A DNA stretch of 64,000 nucleotides. It comes from a virus. Both the position numbers and the translations under genes were made by a program. Below are positions 51,600 to 58,952 of the stretch, one piece after another. The notes beneath the pieces are model-generated. The model saw only the letters and a program-made list of their open reading frames with translations, was not told where the DNA came from and made no database searches. The stretch is taken from positions 1 through 64,000 of the IMG/VR virus record IMGVR_UViG_3300031825_000008; one strand, given 5' to 3'. How positions within the stretch are numbered: the stretch's first letter is position 1; the number at the start of each line of letters is the position of its first letter.

Positions 51600-52018
51600 A
51601 GAAGTTCAAGGTAGGGGACAAGGTAAAGCTTCGCTATCTGAGTTATCATCGCGTCGGCATTACGCATGAAATGCTCAGCATGATGAAGGATAAGAAGAGA
51701 GGGGTCTATGTTATCCGCCAGTTGGATAAGACGGGTCTCGGGGACGAATTTGCTAAGTTAGAAGGAGATTTGTGGAATTGGTCGTGGCCGCTGGAGGCGC
51801 TGGAACTTGGCGACAGACCCCTCAACATCGACAAGGTCAAGGGTGTGCGCGACCCCAAGCGTATCGACTTCAAAGGCGTGAAGAAGACTAGGTCCGAGGC
51901 CCGCCCGTTCAGCGGCACCGTCGTCGTGGCCGGGCGCAAGCTGCAACTGACTTGGGGCGCGGATGGCCGGTTCTATGAAGGCTTCAATTCGCCCGTCGAC
52001 CTCGTGGAGGCAAAATGA
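51596..52018 (+). CDS. Tandem paralog 4 of 8
   Basis: ATGA coupling; FKVGDKVKL; ...GRKLQLTWGADGRFYEGFNSPVDLVEAK. Confidence 0.6.
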   Translation: MKKFKVGDKVKLRYLSYHRVGITHEMLSMMKDKKRGVYVIRQLDKTGLGDEFAKLEGDLWNWSWPLEALELGDRPLNIDKVKGVRDPKRIDFKGVKKTRSEARPFSGTVVVAGRKLQLTWGADGRFYEGFNSPVDLVEAK

Positions 52019-52416
52019 AATACCCCAGACTTCAGCCCGGAGACCGGGTACGCTATGTCGGTCATAACCGAAATTGGGTGAAGGACGGAGTAACCGGTGT
52101 AATTATAGAGGATGCGCTGGACGATAGCAATGATTCCAAGGGCTATCGCAAAGTCTCAATCAAGCTGAGCAACCGCGTGCACGTTTGTCGTTTGGAGCGG
52201 TACAAGCTTGAGGTTATCGACGTCCCTATCAACCCTTCGCGCGTACGCTCCACCCGCTCCGGTCTCCCTGTCGCTAACGTGGAGAAGACCGACGGTGATC
52301 GCCCGCTCCGCGCCGAAGTGTTCGTCGACCGGCAGTGGCTCACGCTGACTTTCGCGGCGAGCGGCCACTTCTATGGTCACGTTGACCAACCCATCGACCT
52401 CGTGGAGGCCAAATGA
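52015..52416 (+). CDS. Tandem paralog 5 of 8
   Basis: ATGA coupling; LQPGDRVRY; ...DRQWLTLTFAASGHFYGHVDQPIDLVEAK. Confidence 0.6.
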   Translation: MKYPRLQPGDRVRYVGHNRNWVKDGVTGVIIEDALDDSNDSKGYRKVSIKLSNRVHVCRLERYKLEVIDVPINPSRVRSTRSGLPVANVEKTDGDRPLRAEVFVDRQWLTLTFAASGHFYGHVDQPIDLVEAK

Positions 52417-52811
52417 CTAGGTTCCAAGTAGGGGATCGCGTGGTGGTGGTCGACACTCGTTATGACGATGGTCATTCCGCAGAGTTATTGAAGGGTTTGC
52501 TTGGTAAAAAGGGAACGGTGTCTAGTCCTTATCCTTATGACCATCTTGATTATTGTCTTAGTGTTAAATGGGATGACCCGTCTATTCATTGTGGGGATTG
52601 TTATGCGTGGCGCTTTGAAATAGATAAAGGATCGCTGCTTGCTGTGGATCGTCCCATCACCACTCGCGACGGCCAACCCGTGACCGTCGAGGCCACCGGA
52701 GACCCTGCGCGCCCCTACGCCGCGACCGTGCGCGGCCAGCGTCTCACTTTTGAGCCGACTGGGCGCTTCTACCCCACCATGGACCAACCGATCGATCTGG
52801 TGAACACATGA
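52413..52811 (+). CDS. Tandem paralog 6 of 8
   Basis: ATGA coupling; FQVGDRVVV; ...GQRLTFEPTGRFYPTMDQPIDLVNT. Confidence 0.6.
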   Translation: MTRFQVGDRVVVVDTRYDDGHSAELLKGLLGKKGTVSSPYPYDHLDYCLSVKWDDPSIHCGDCYAWRFEIDKGSLLAVDRPITTRDGQPVTVEATGDPARPYAATVRGQRLTFEPTGRFYPTMDQPIDLVNT

Positions 52812-53224
52812 GCACGCAAGGCGGTTTTAAAATCGGGCAACGGGTGCGTTGTAAATATTCGGGCAACGTATTTGATGCTTATGGATTCAAAGTTTACGGG
52901 GAAACCGGCGTGGTAGGGTTTGGAGGTGTTCCAGAGTATGTGTATGTAATGTGGGACAACCCCAGACTGCGTGAGCATTTCAACAAGGGTGGAAATATCA
53001 GCCACGGTGGCGGATGGCACCCTGATGACTTTGAGAGCGCTGGAATACCGGTAGACCTTACTCGACCCGTGAAGTGCCGTAACGGCGGGACGGTCACCGT
53101 CACTCGCGTCGACGACAAGGACCGACCGTATCGCGCCACCGTCAAAGGTATCGAACTGTCGTTCGACGAATATGGCAATTTCGTCCCCGGCCAAGAGTGC
53201 CCAATCGATCTGGTGAACACATGA
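52808..53224 (+). CDS. Tandem paralog 7 of 8
   Basis: ATGA coupling; FKIGQRVRC; ...GIELSFDEYGNFVPGQECPIDLVNT. Confidence 0.6.
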   Translation: MSTQGGFKIGQRVRCKYSGNVFDAYGFKVYGETGVVGFGGVPEYVYVMWDNPRLREHFNKGGNISHGGGWHPDDFESAGIPVDLTRPVKCRNGGTVTVTRVDDKDRPYRATVKGIELSFDEYGNFVPGQECPIDLVNT

Positions 53225-53664
53225 AAATGATGACCAATCCCAAAGTGGGCGACCGTGGCATTTGCCGATGGGGCAGTCCGCACACTAACCTGTCGGGTGT
53301 GTATCCATGGGGCAAAACGGCGACTGTTATCGAGGTTGAGGTGGGTGCCAATTATGTGAGGGTCCGATTCGATGACCCCGAGGTTCAACGAGCGTGCGAG
53401 CGAGCGTGCGGCCACCTTGGTTTCCGATGGGCGAGGGGGTATTGGGAAGCGACAAAAGGTGGTGGTCTTCTCCTTCCAGCTGACAAGGTTGCCAAGTTCC
53501 AGACCCGTGACGGTCGGCCAGCGTCAGTAATTCGCCATGTCGGCGGCGAGCGTCCGTTTCAGGCGTATATCGAGTTCAGTGGTCGACGGCTGGACTTGTC
53601 ATTCGACCAATTTGGCCGGTTCTATCCCGACGTGGATTCTCCATTCGATCTGGTGTGCAAATGA
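53221..53664 (+). CDS. Tandem paralog 8 of 8
   Basis: ATGA coupling; PKVGDRGIC; ...GRRLDLSFDQFGRFYPDVDSPFDLVCK. Confidence 0.6.
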   Translation: MKMMTNPKVGDRGICRWGSPHTNLSGVYPWGKTATVIEVEVGANYVRVRFDDPEVQRACERACGHLGFRWARGYWEATKGGGLLLPADKVAKFQTRDGRPASVIRHVGGERPFQAYIEFSGRRLDLSFDQFGRFYPDVDSPFDLVCK

Positions 53665-54212
53665 AAGACATATGGTTTACTTCCGACACCCACCTTGGCC
53701 ATGCCAACATTTTGAAATTTACCGGCGACGACGGTAAACTGATACGGCCCGGCTTCTCATGCGTCGAGGAAATGGACGAACGCATCATTGACAATTGGAA
53801 TAAGGTCGTTAAGCCGGGCGACCACGTTTGGCACTTAGGTGACTTTTCGTTCGGAGGCAAGGACAAGATCGCGGGGTACGTTGGGCGTCTCCATGGTCGC
53901 AAGCGCCTCTGCGTCGGCAACCACGATCCTGTCAAGAAGATTGCCCCTTTCTTCGACAAGGTGGTCCTGTGGCGCATCTTCAAAGAGTTCAATTTCACCT
54001 GCACTCATATCCCTTTGATGCCGGGTCAGATGCGCAAGACCGCCTATAACGTCCATGGCCATATTCACCAGAACTTGATGCAGGAATATTACACGTCCAC
54101 CTTGACCGGGAACGAACTACACAAAGACGACCGTCGTTACGTCAACATCTGCGTGGAACATACCAATTATACTCCGGTCCATCTGGACGAGATAATCGCC
54201 CGCTGCAAATAA
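53661..54212 (+). CDS. Calcineurin-like metallophosphoesterase
   Basis: Motifs FTSDTHLGH, GDF, GNHD and GHIH. ATGA coupling to paralog 8. Confidence 0.75.
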   Translation: MKDIWFTSDTHLGHANILKFTGDDGKLIRPGFSCVEEMDERIIDNWNKVVKPGDHVWHLGDFSFGGKDKIAGYVGRLHGRKRLCVGNHDPVKKIAPFFDKVVLWRIFKEFNFTCTHIPLMPGQMRKTAYNVHGHIHQNLMQEYYTSTLTGNELHKDDRRYVNICVEHTNYTPVHLDEIIARCK

Positions 54213-54220
54213 AACTTGCC

Positions 54221-54250
54221 TTGTCAGGACCGGCCCGGTCGTGGTACAGT
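54221..54250 (+). promoter_or_regulatory. Promoter placed for a leaderless transcript
   Basis: TTGTCA-18 nt-TGg-TACAGT. The ATG at 54257 lies 6 nt after the -10. Confidence 0.45.
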
Positions 54251-54256
54251 GGCGGC

Positions 54257-54481
54257 ATGGCCAAGCACGACGTATATTCACACCGATATGTGGTCACCGA
54301 CGCTACCTCAGGTAAGCGTCGCAAAAGCCAGTCCATAAATCAGGCGTCCGACCGCGCCGGTTTGGATTCTAATGACGCTGCGTGGGCTATTGAGGAACAT
54401 GGTCGCGCGGACAGCGATACCCACTCCATTGTGCCGCAGTCTCGCGGCAAGCCCAGCCCTAAGTTCGCATTTCGGGATTGA
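54257..54481 (+). CDS. Small hydrophilic protein ending KFAFRD
   Basis: 74 aa from ATG 54257. Confidence 0.45.
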   Translation: MAKHDVYSHRYVVTDATSGKRRKSQSINQASDRAGLDSNDAAWAIEEHGRADSDTHSIVPQSRGKPSPKFAFRD

Positions 54482-54484
54482 ACC

Positions 54485-54745
54485 ATGCCTAAGGACAAAG
54501 AACTCGCTGACCACGAGCGCGCGCACAACGGCCAGCCCGGCTCGGACGTAAAGCATGGGGCAAGCGCCACGCAGACTCGTTATAGCCGTACTGGCCCGTC
54601 CAAAGGGGATAAAAAGAAAATGTACCCGTCTGGGGACCCTGAGAACGGACCTGCCGAATCGCATACTTTTAACGGTAAACGATGGGTGAGCGACAGGGCT
54701 GTCAAGTCCGGGTACGATCGTTTCGATCATGATAATGGTGATTAA
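54485..54745 (+). CDS. Small hydrophilic protein
   Basis: 86 aa, Gly/Asp/Lys/His-rich. Confidence 0.45.
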   Translation: MPKDKELADHERAHNGQPGSDVKHGASATQTRYSRTGPSKGDKKKMYPSGDPENGPAESHTFNGKRWVSDRAVKSGYDRFDHDNGD

Positions 54746-55026
54746 TGGCCAAGGATTGGAAGAGTTTCACCCCTAATCAGTCGGACCGCGACGAAATGGC
54801 CAGCGACCTTCACAAGAAGGCCGACTGGCATAAGCGTAACGCGGGCTCTGGCAAGTCGGCCAGCCTCGAAGGGGCCGCGCAGCACGTCTATCGCGCCGAA
54901 TTGGCCCGCGAAGGTGTTCCGCATCCTGATCTGCCTAAGGTTCGCCACATGGGCGGGCGCGCGGTTGAACCGGAGTCCAAACCCCGGTCGTCCCGCCCGG
55001 ACCCCAAGGAGTTTGCCTTCCGATGA
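54745..55026 (+). CDS. Small hydrophilic protein ending EFAFR
   Basis: TAATG coupling; 93 aa. Confidence 0.45.
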   Translation: MAKDWKSFTPNQSDRDEMASDLHKKADWHKRNAGSGKSASLEGAAQHVYRAELAREGVPHPDLPKVRHMGGRAVEPESKPRSSRPDPKEFAFR

Positions 55027-55199
55027 TCTGCCCCAAGTGTGACGGGAAAGGTCGTCTTCGGTACAGTGACAGAGAAGACGTGGCCTGCATCGGGCCTTGC
55101 CCTCACTGCGGCGGTTGCGGTGTATCCTACTGCTGCGAAGGTCCAGACGCGGAGGTCGAATGTTCAAAATCATCGCAATCGTCTTCATCGCCCAACTGA
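55023..55199 (+). CDS. 58-aa DnaJ-type zinc-finger peptide
   Basis: ATGA coupling. Translation begins MICPKCDGKGRLRYSDREDVACIGPCPHCGGCG... Confidence 0.4.
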   Translation: MICPKCDGKGRLRYSDREDVACIGPCPHCGGCGVSYCCEGPDAEVECSKSSQSSSSPN

Positions 55200-55384
55200 A
55201 CTACACGGCCATGCTTGAAAGCAGAGAAGGATACGTGACCAAGGATGGTTGTGAAGCAGCCCTGTCGGACCGCCTGATACCCCTCAAGAAGTATTACGAT
55301 GATCAAGGTCTAAAGGATCAAGAAGACGAACCGGTGGTCGTCGAGGTCGGCGGCAAGTGCGAGACTCCGGGCCAGCCTTCCTGA
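55160..55384 (+). CDS. Small protein with an N-terminal hydrophobic segment
   Basis: GGAGG RBS; MFKIIAIVFIAQ... Confidence 0.45.
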   Translation: MFKIIAIVFIAQLNYTAMLESREGYVTKDGCEAALSDRLIPLKKYYDDQGLKDQEDEPVVVEVGGKCETPGQPS

Positions 55385-55435
55385 TTGGTATGTCAACGGG
55401 GGTATGGCGCACCCCCGGCCTGTGGTACGATACGA

Positions 55436-55534
55436 GTGAGACCGAGGCCACCCGTTCGCCGCACCCCACTCCTCCCCGAGCGCGCAGCGAACACCCCGGT
55501 CGTCTCCAAACTGACCCGGTGGCCTCGGTCTCAC
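55436..55534. repeat. 17-bp perfect inverted repeat closing a 65-nt insert
   Basis: Arms at 55436-55452 and 55518-55534 (GTGAGACCGAGGCCACC / GGTGGCCTCGGTCTCAC). Inner GTTCGC..GCGAAC stem. Confidence 0.85.
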
Positions 55535-55623
55535 CCTTGACATACAAACACCCGCTGACCTAGCACCCCCGTCCGTGGTATCCTGTGCGTAGAGCGCTTG
55601 TGCTCTGGCATAGGAGAACGACC

Positions 55624-56265
55624 ATGAAGACCAGCACCATCGTGTGCCTCGTAATCGGGGCGGGCCTGCTCGTCACGAGTTGCGCCTCTTACAACAACCT
55701 CGTCAACCTGCGCGAAGACGTCAACAACGGCGCGGCCCAGACGCAGAACGTCCTTCAGCGGCAGGCCGACCTGATCCCCAACATGGCCAACACCGTGAAG
55801 GGCGCGGCGGGGTTCGAGACCAAGGCCCTCACCGACGTTATCGACGCGCGCTCGCGCGCCACTCACCCAATCGTGATCGCGGACGGCAAGCAGTGCGCCG
55901 CCGTCACCGCGCCGGAACGGCCCGACGTGCCGAAGTGCAACCCGTCGCAGCTGAACGACGACCAGCTTCGCCAGTTCACCGAGAACTCGCGGGCGCTCAT
56001 GTCGTTCAACGTGAACGCGCTGCGCGAGGCGTACCCGAACCTCAAGTCGGTCGGCCTGTTTGCGAACCTCATGGTTACGCTCGAGGGTTCGCAGAACCGC
56101 ATCACGGTCGAGCGCATGAAGTGGCAGCGCAGCATCGCCTCTTACAACAAGTCGGTGCAACGCATCCCCGGCAGCATCGTCGCCAACGTCGGCGGCTTCA
56201 AGACACTCCCGTACTTCGAGGCCGATGCGTCCGCGCAGCGCGCCCCCGAGGTCAAGTTCAACTAA
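55624..56265 (+). CDS. LemA-family lipoprotein
   Basis: Lipobox LLVTSC. YNNLVNLREDVNNGAAQTQNVLQRQADLIPNMANTVKG fits the LemA consensus. AGGAGAA RBS. Confidence 0.8.
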   Translation: MKTSTIVCLVIGAGLLVTSCASYNNLVNLREDVNNGAAQTQNVLQRQADLIPNMANTVKGAAGFETKALTDVIDARSRATHPIVIADGKQCAAVTAPERPDVPKCNPSQLNDDQLRQFTENSRALMSFNVNALREAYPNLKSVGLFANLMVTLEGSQNRITVERMKWQRSIASYNKSVQRIPGSIVANVGGFKTLPYFEADASAQRAPEVKFN

Positions 56266-56296
56266 GGCCGTAGCGCCTTCATAGGAGGATAGAAAC

Positions 56297-57388
56297 ATGG
56301 ATTGGGTCCTTTTGTTTGCTGCGTGCTGTATGGCCATCCTTGGCCTATTGGCACATTGGAATAACGACCGCCTGTTCAGGGGGACGTTTGTGATTGCGGC
56401 GATTTTGTTGTTTTTCTTCTCGCTGCCGGTAATCCGTCCCCGCGCCGCTGAAGTTCCCCCGGTCGCCCGCGTAACCGACCTCGTCGGCAAGCTGTCCAAG
56501 GGCGAGCGCGACAAGTTGTCGGCCCGCATTCAGCAGATCGAGAAGTTGCCCGGCTCGCCTCAGGTGGCGATCCTGATCCAGAATATGCTCGACGTCCCGA
56601 TTGCGGACCACGCGCAGCGGGTGTTTGTGACGTGGAAGCTGGGGTCGAAGGACCGGGACAACGGCATCCTGATCCTTATTGCACCCGAGCAGCGACAACT
56701 GCGCATTCACACCGGCTACGGGGTCGAACCGGTGCTGCCCGACGTGAAGACGGCCTATATTTCGTCGACCATCCTCATACCGAACATCGTGAAGAACCGG
56801 TATTACGACGCGCTCGACGGAACGCTGAACGTGATTGCGTCGTCGCTTGCGGCGGAGAGTAGCGTTCAACCGGCGAGGGCCGACATGGGAGCCGTCTTCC
56901 TTGTGGTGTTGATCGCGTTGGGTATTCCGGTGTTGATCATTTGGGCGGTCACGCGAAAACCCCAAAGAACCGCAGATGCCACACGCCGGGACGCCACCGG
57001 CAACAGCGAGAAATACCGCGACCGTGGGCGGACCTACGCCACGACTGCGGCGGGCGGCATGGTCGGGGCTGCAGCAGCGGCCCGCGCGGCGCGGCGTCGG
57101 CCCGTCGAGGACCCGCCTCGTCGTGACAGCGGCGGCGTCGGTGACGCCATCTTGGGTGCGGCGGTCGGCTATGCCGTGGGGTCGGCGTTGAGTGGCTCGT
57201 CGTCTCCGTCCGAGCCCTCCGAACCGTCCTTCTCGGGTGGCGGCGGCGATTCCGGCGGCGGCGGGTCGACCAGTTCATGGGGCGACAGTTCGTCCTCTTC
57301 CGACAGCAGCAGTTCGTCGTCCTCTTACGATAGTGGTTCGTCGGGTGGTGGCGATTCTGGCGGCGGGGGTGGTGGAGGCGGTGAGTAA
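56297..57388 (+). CDS. TPM-domain (YgcG-like) membrane protein with a Ser/Gly-rich tail
   Basis: VTDLVGKLSKGERDKL...QVAILI...DNGILILIAPEQRQLRIHTGYG; TM segment; C-terminal S/G low complexity. Confidence 0.75.
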   Translation: MDWVLLFAACCMAILGLLAHWNNDRLFRGTFVIAAILLFFFSLPVIRPRAAEVPPVARVTDLVGKLSKGERDKLSARIQQIEKLPGSPQVAILIQNMLDVPIADHAQRVFVTWKLGSKDRDNGILILIAPEQRQLRIHTGYGVEPVLPDVKTAYISSTILIPNIVKNRYYDALDGTLNVIASSLAAESSVQPARADMGAVFLVVLIALGIPVLIIWAVTRKPQRTADATRRDATGNSEKYRDRGRTYATTAAGGMVGAAAAARAARRRPVEDPPRRDSGGVGDAILGAAVGYAVGSALSGSSSPSEPSEPSFSGGGGDSGGGGSTSSWGDSSSSSDSSSSSSSYDSGSSGGGDSGGGGGGGGE

Positions 57389-57410
57389 CCTGGTTGGCAT
57401 CAAACCACGG

Positions 57411-57439
57411 GTGACGCCACCCGTCGCCCGTGGTACTAT
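57411..57439 (+). promoter_or_regulatory. Promoter for the tRNA
   Basis: GTGACG-17 nt-TGg-TACTAT, about 20 nt before tRNA position 1. Confidence 0.45.
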
Positions 57440-57460
57440 CCGTCATCGATCAAGAGACAC

Positions 57461-57537
57461 GTGGCCATCGTCTAACGGCTTAGGACGATCCCTCTCTCGG
57501 GGGGTAAATGTTGGTTCGACTCCAGCTGGCCACGCCA
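57461..57537 (+). tRNA. tRNA with encoded CCA; isotype uncertain (Arg-UCU or Glu-CUC register)
   Basis: Acceptor GTGGCCA/TGGCCAC; D-arm GTCT-AACGGCTTA-GGAC; T-arm GTTGG-TTCGACT-CCAGC; discriminator G plus CCA. The anticodon arm ATCCC-TCTCTCG(G)-GGGG(G/T) does not fold canonically. Confidence 0.75.
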
Positions 57538-57613
57538 ACTCTTCAAATAAGACCTACCCTCTTCGCCCGGCCTGTGATACAGTACCCACTTCGCGGATAG
57601 CGGAGTGGGTACA

Positions 57614-57814
57614 ATGATTAAAGAAGTCCAATGCTGGAAAGCGGAGCCCAACGGCATCCAGCTTGTCTTTCTCGACAACGACGACATGGCCGACGTCTAC
57701 GAGTTCCACAATCAGGCCGACATTGACTACCTCATGAACCTTATCCGCCTCCAAGTCTCTTCGGAAACCCTATTGGTCGAAGCCAGAGACCGGACCCAAA
57801 CGACGGTGCACTGA
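57614..57814 (+). CDS. Hypothetical acidic protein
   Basis: ATG 57614 lies just 3' of a 9-bp hairpin that contains the GGAG. Confidence 0.5.
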   Translation: MIKEVQCWKAEPNGIQLVFLDNDDMADVYEFHNQADIDYLMNLIRLQVSSETLLVEARDRTQTTVH

Positions 57815-58059
57815 TGGCAAATATCAAAGCTATACTGGACAATACTCGCCCAGCGGATGCGCTCAAGGCGTGGAAGAACTCACCGGAGTTTATCAAGATG
57901 ATCGACCAGTTGGACTTTTTCAAGAGTCTTCCAGACAAGGAGCTAATCGATGCCGTGGACGGCAAAGGACGCCAAGGCGTCGACCAAGAAAGCCAAGAGC
58001 CCAGCCGCGAAGCGCCAGTGGTCCAAGGTGGCGAACGCGGTCCTGAAAAAGACCGGTGA
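57814..58059 (+). CDS. Hypothetical protein (3' part overlaps the next gene out of frame)
   Basis: TGATG coupling. GC3 drops after about 57950. Confidence 0.4.
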   Translation: MANIKAILDNTRPADALKAWKNSPEFIKMIDQLDFFKSLPDKELIDAVDGKGRQGVDQESQEPSREAPVVQGGERGPEKDR

Positions 58060-58114
58060 CGAAGGGAAAGCCAAGATGTACGCCAACGCGGCGGTGAAAA
58101 AGAGGACCAAGTAG
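57950..58114 (+). CDS. 54-aa ChaB-like basic protein
   Basis: AAGGAG RBS. Translation: MPWTAKDAKASTKKAKSPAAKRQWSKVANAVLKKTGDEGKAKMYANAAVKKRTK. Strong GC3. Confidence 0.5.
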   Translation: MPWTAKDAKASTKKAKSPAAKRQWSKVANAVLKKTGDEGKAKMYANAAVKKRTK

Positions 58115-58140
58115 TTTCAATCACCCGGTGAGGGAACCCC

Positions 58141-58170
58141 TTGCCGGGTGCACTGTATTTGTGATATTTT
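58141..58170 (+). promoter_or_regulatory. Promoter placed for a leaderless transcript
   Basis: TTGCCG-18 nt-TGa-TATTTT. The ATG at 58177 lies 6 nt after the -10. Preceded by hairpin CACCCGG..CCGGGTG (58122-58150). Confidence 0.4.
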
Positions 58171-58176
58171 CGCCCT

Positions 58177-58365
58177 ATGGCACAAGTCGTAGCAGGAAAG
58201 CCGGGTATTTTTCCGACGGAGGCCCTGCCGACCGGCGCGCATGCCGCGCTCCGTTCGGCGTCTAAACACAAACAGATGGTCTCTGCCGTCCTCCACCTTA
58301 AGAAAGAGTCTGTAGGCAAGGGCAATCCCACCGCTTACCCCAAAAAGAAGATGGCATTCAAATGA
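58177..58365 (+). CDS. Small basic protein
   Basis: 62 aa. Confidence 0.45.
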   Translation: MAQVVAGKPGIFPTEALPTGAHAALRSASKHKQMVSAVLHLKKESVGKGNPTAYPKKKMAFK

Positions 58366-58556
58366 GCGAAAAAGCGATTAACGGTCACAAATTACTTGCC
58401 ATGGGCGAGGAATACCCGTCCGGCGACTTCGGTATCGAGAAGCTGGCCTCGGTTGAGGGCAAGGTCTCTCCGGAGCGTCACCTCAAGGACGACGAGCGTG
58501 GTGCCCGTTCGCCCATCAAGGGCAATCAGGCCAATCCCGATCACGGCTGGAAATAA
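58362..58556 (+). CDS. Small hydrophilic protein ending NPDHGWK
   Basis: ATGA coupling; 64 aa. Confidence 0.45.
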   Translation: MSEKAINGHKLLAMGEEYPSGDFGIEKLASVEGKVSPERHLKDDERGARSPIKGNQANPDHGWK

Positions 58557-58568
58557 GGAGCACTTACT

Positions 58569-58745
58569 ATGGACGATTGTTGCGACGACCACCACACCAA
58601 GTTCGCCCCCAAGGTCCACCCGGATGCAAAGAAGGACACCGGCAAGCACCTGCACGAAGGTGCTCGCGCGGCGGGCCATCCTGCCAAGCATTCCTCGGGC
58701 AAGATGCCGTCCCAGCTTCAGCCGGACCACGGGCCTCACAAGTGA
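58569..58745 (+). CDS. 58-aa His/Lys-rich protein ending QPDHGPHK
   Basis: AAGGAG RBS. Translation begins MDDCCDDHHTKFAPKVHPDAKKDTGKHLHEG... Confidence 0.45.
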   Translation: MDDCCDDHHTKFAPKVHPDAKKDTGKHLHEGARAAGHPAKHSSGKMPSQLQPDHGPHK

Positions 58746-58758
58746 GCCGCCCGTGCGC

Positions 58759-58785
58759 CTCAAACGCCTGATCGGCTATAGGTAT
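58759..58785. repeat. 27-bp motif, copy B (inverted copy of 17565-17591)
   Basis: CTCAAACGCCTGATCGGCTATAGGTAT, 14 nt after the last stop codon of the plus-strand accessory module. Confidence 0.9.
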
Positions 58786-58952
58786 GGCGGGTAGGGCACG
58801 ACCGGCCCCTCGACGGGGCGCGGGCGGGCAGGACGGCCCCCCGCAGACGTACGCTGGCACCATGTCGGGGTACGGACCTACGAGGAAGGACTCGGTGGGG
58901 TATAACCCACCCAGCCCCAAACCTGCTTACAAGTCAAGGGACCCGCTAGCTT

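Noticed and set aside
55531-56965. Long minus-strand ORFs (55531-56529 and 56345-56965)
   Set aside because: They are antisense shadows of the LemA and TPM genes. Their translations are Arg/His/Gly-rich nonsense, with no RBS and no coupling.
57461-57537. Link between a possible 8-nt anticodon loop and the +1 gene overlaps (quadruplet decoding)
   Set aside because: I found no GAGA or AGAG quadruplets in the relevant frame within the portal overlap, and the overlaps have a simple compositional explanation.
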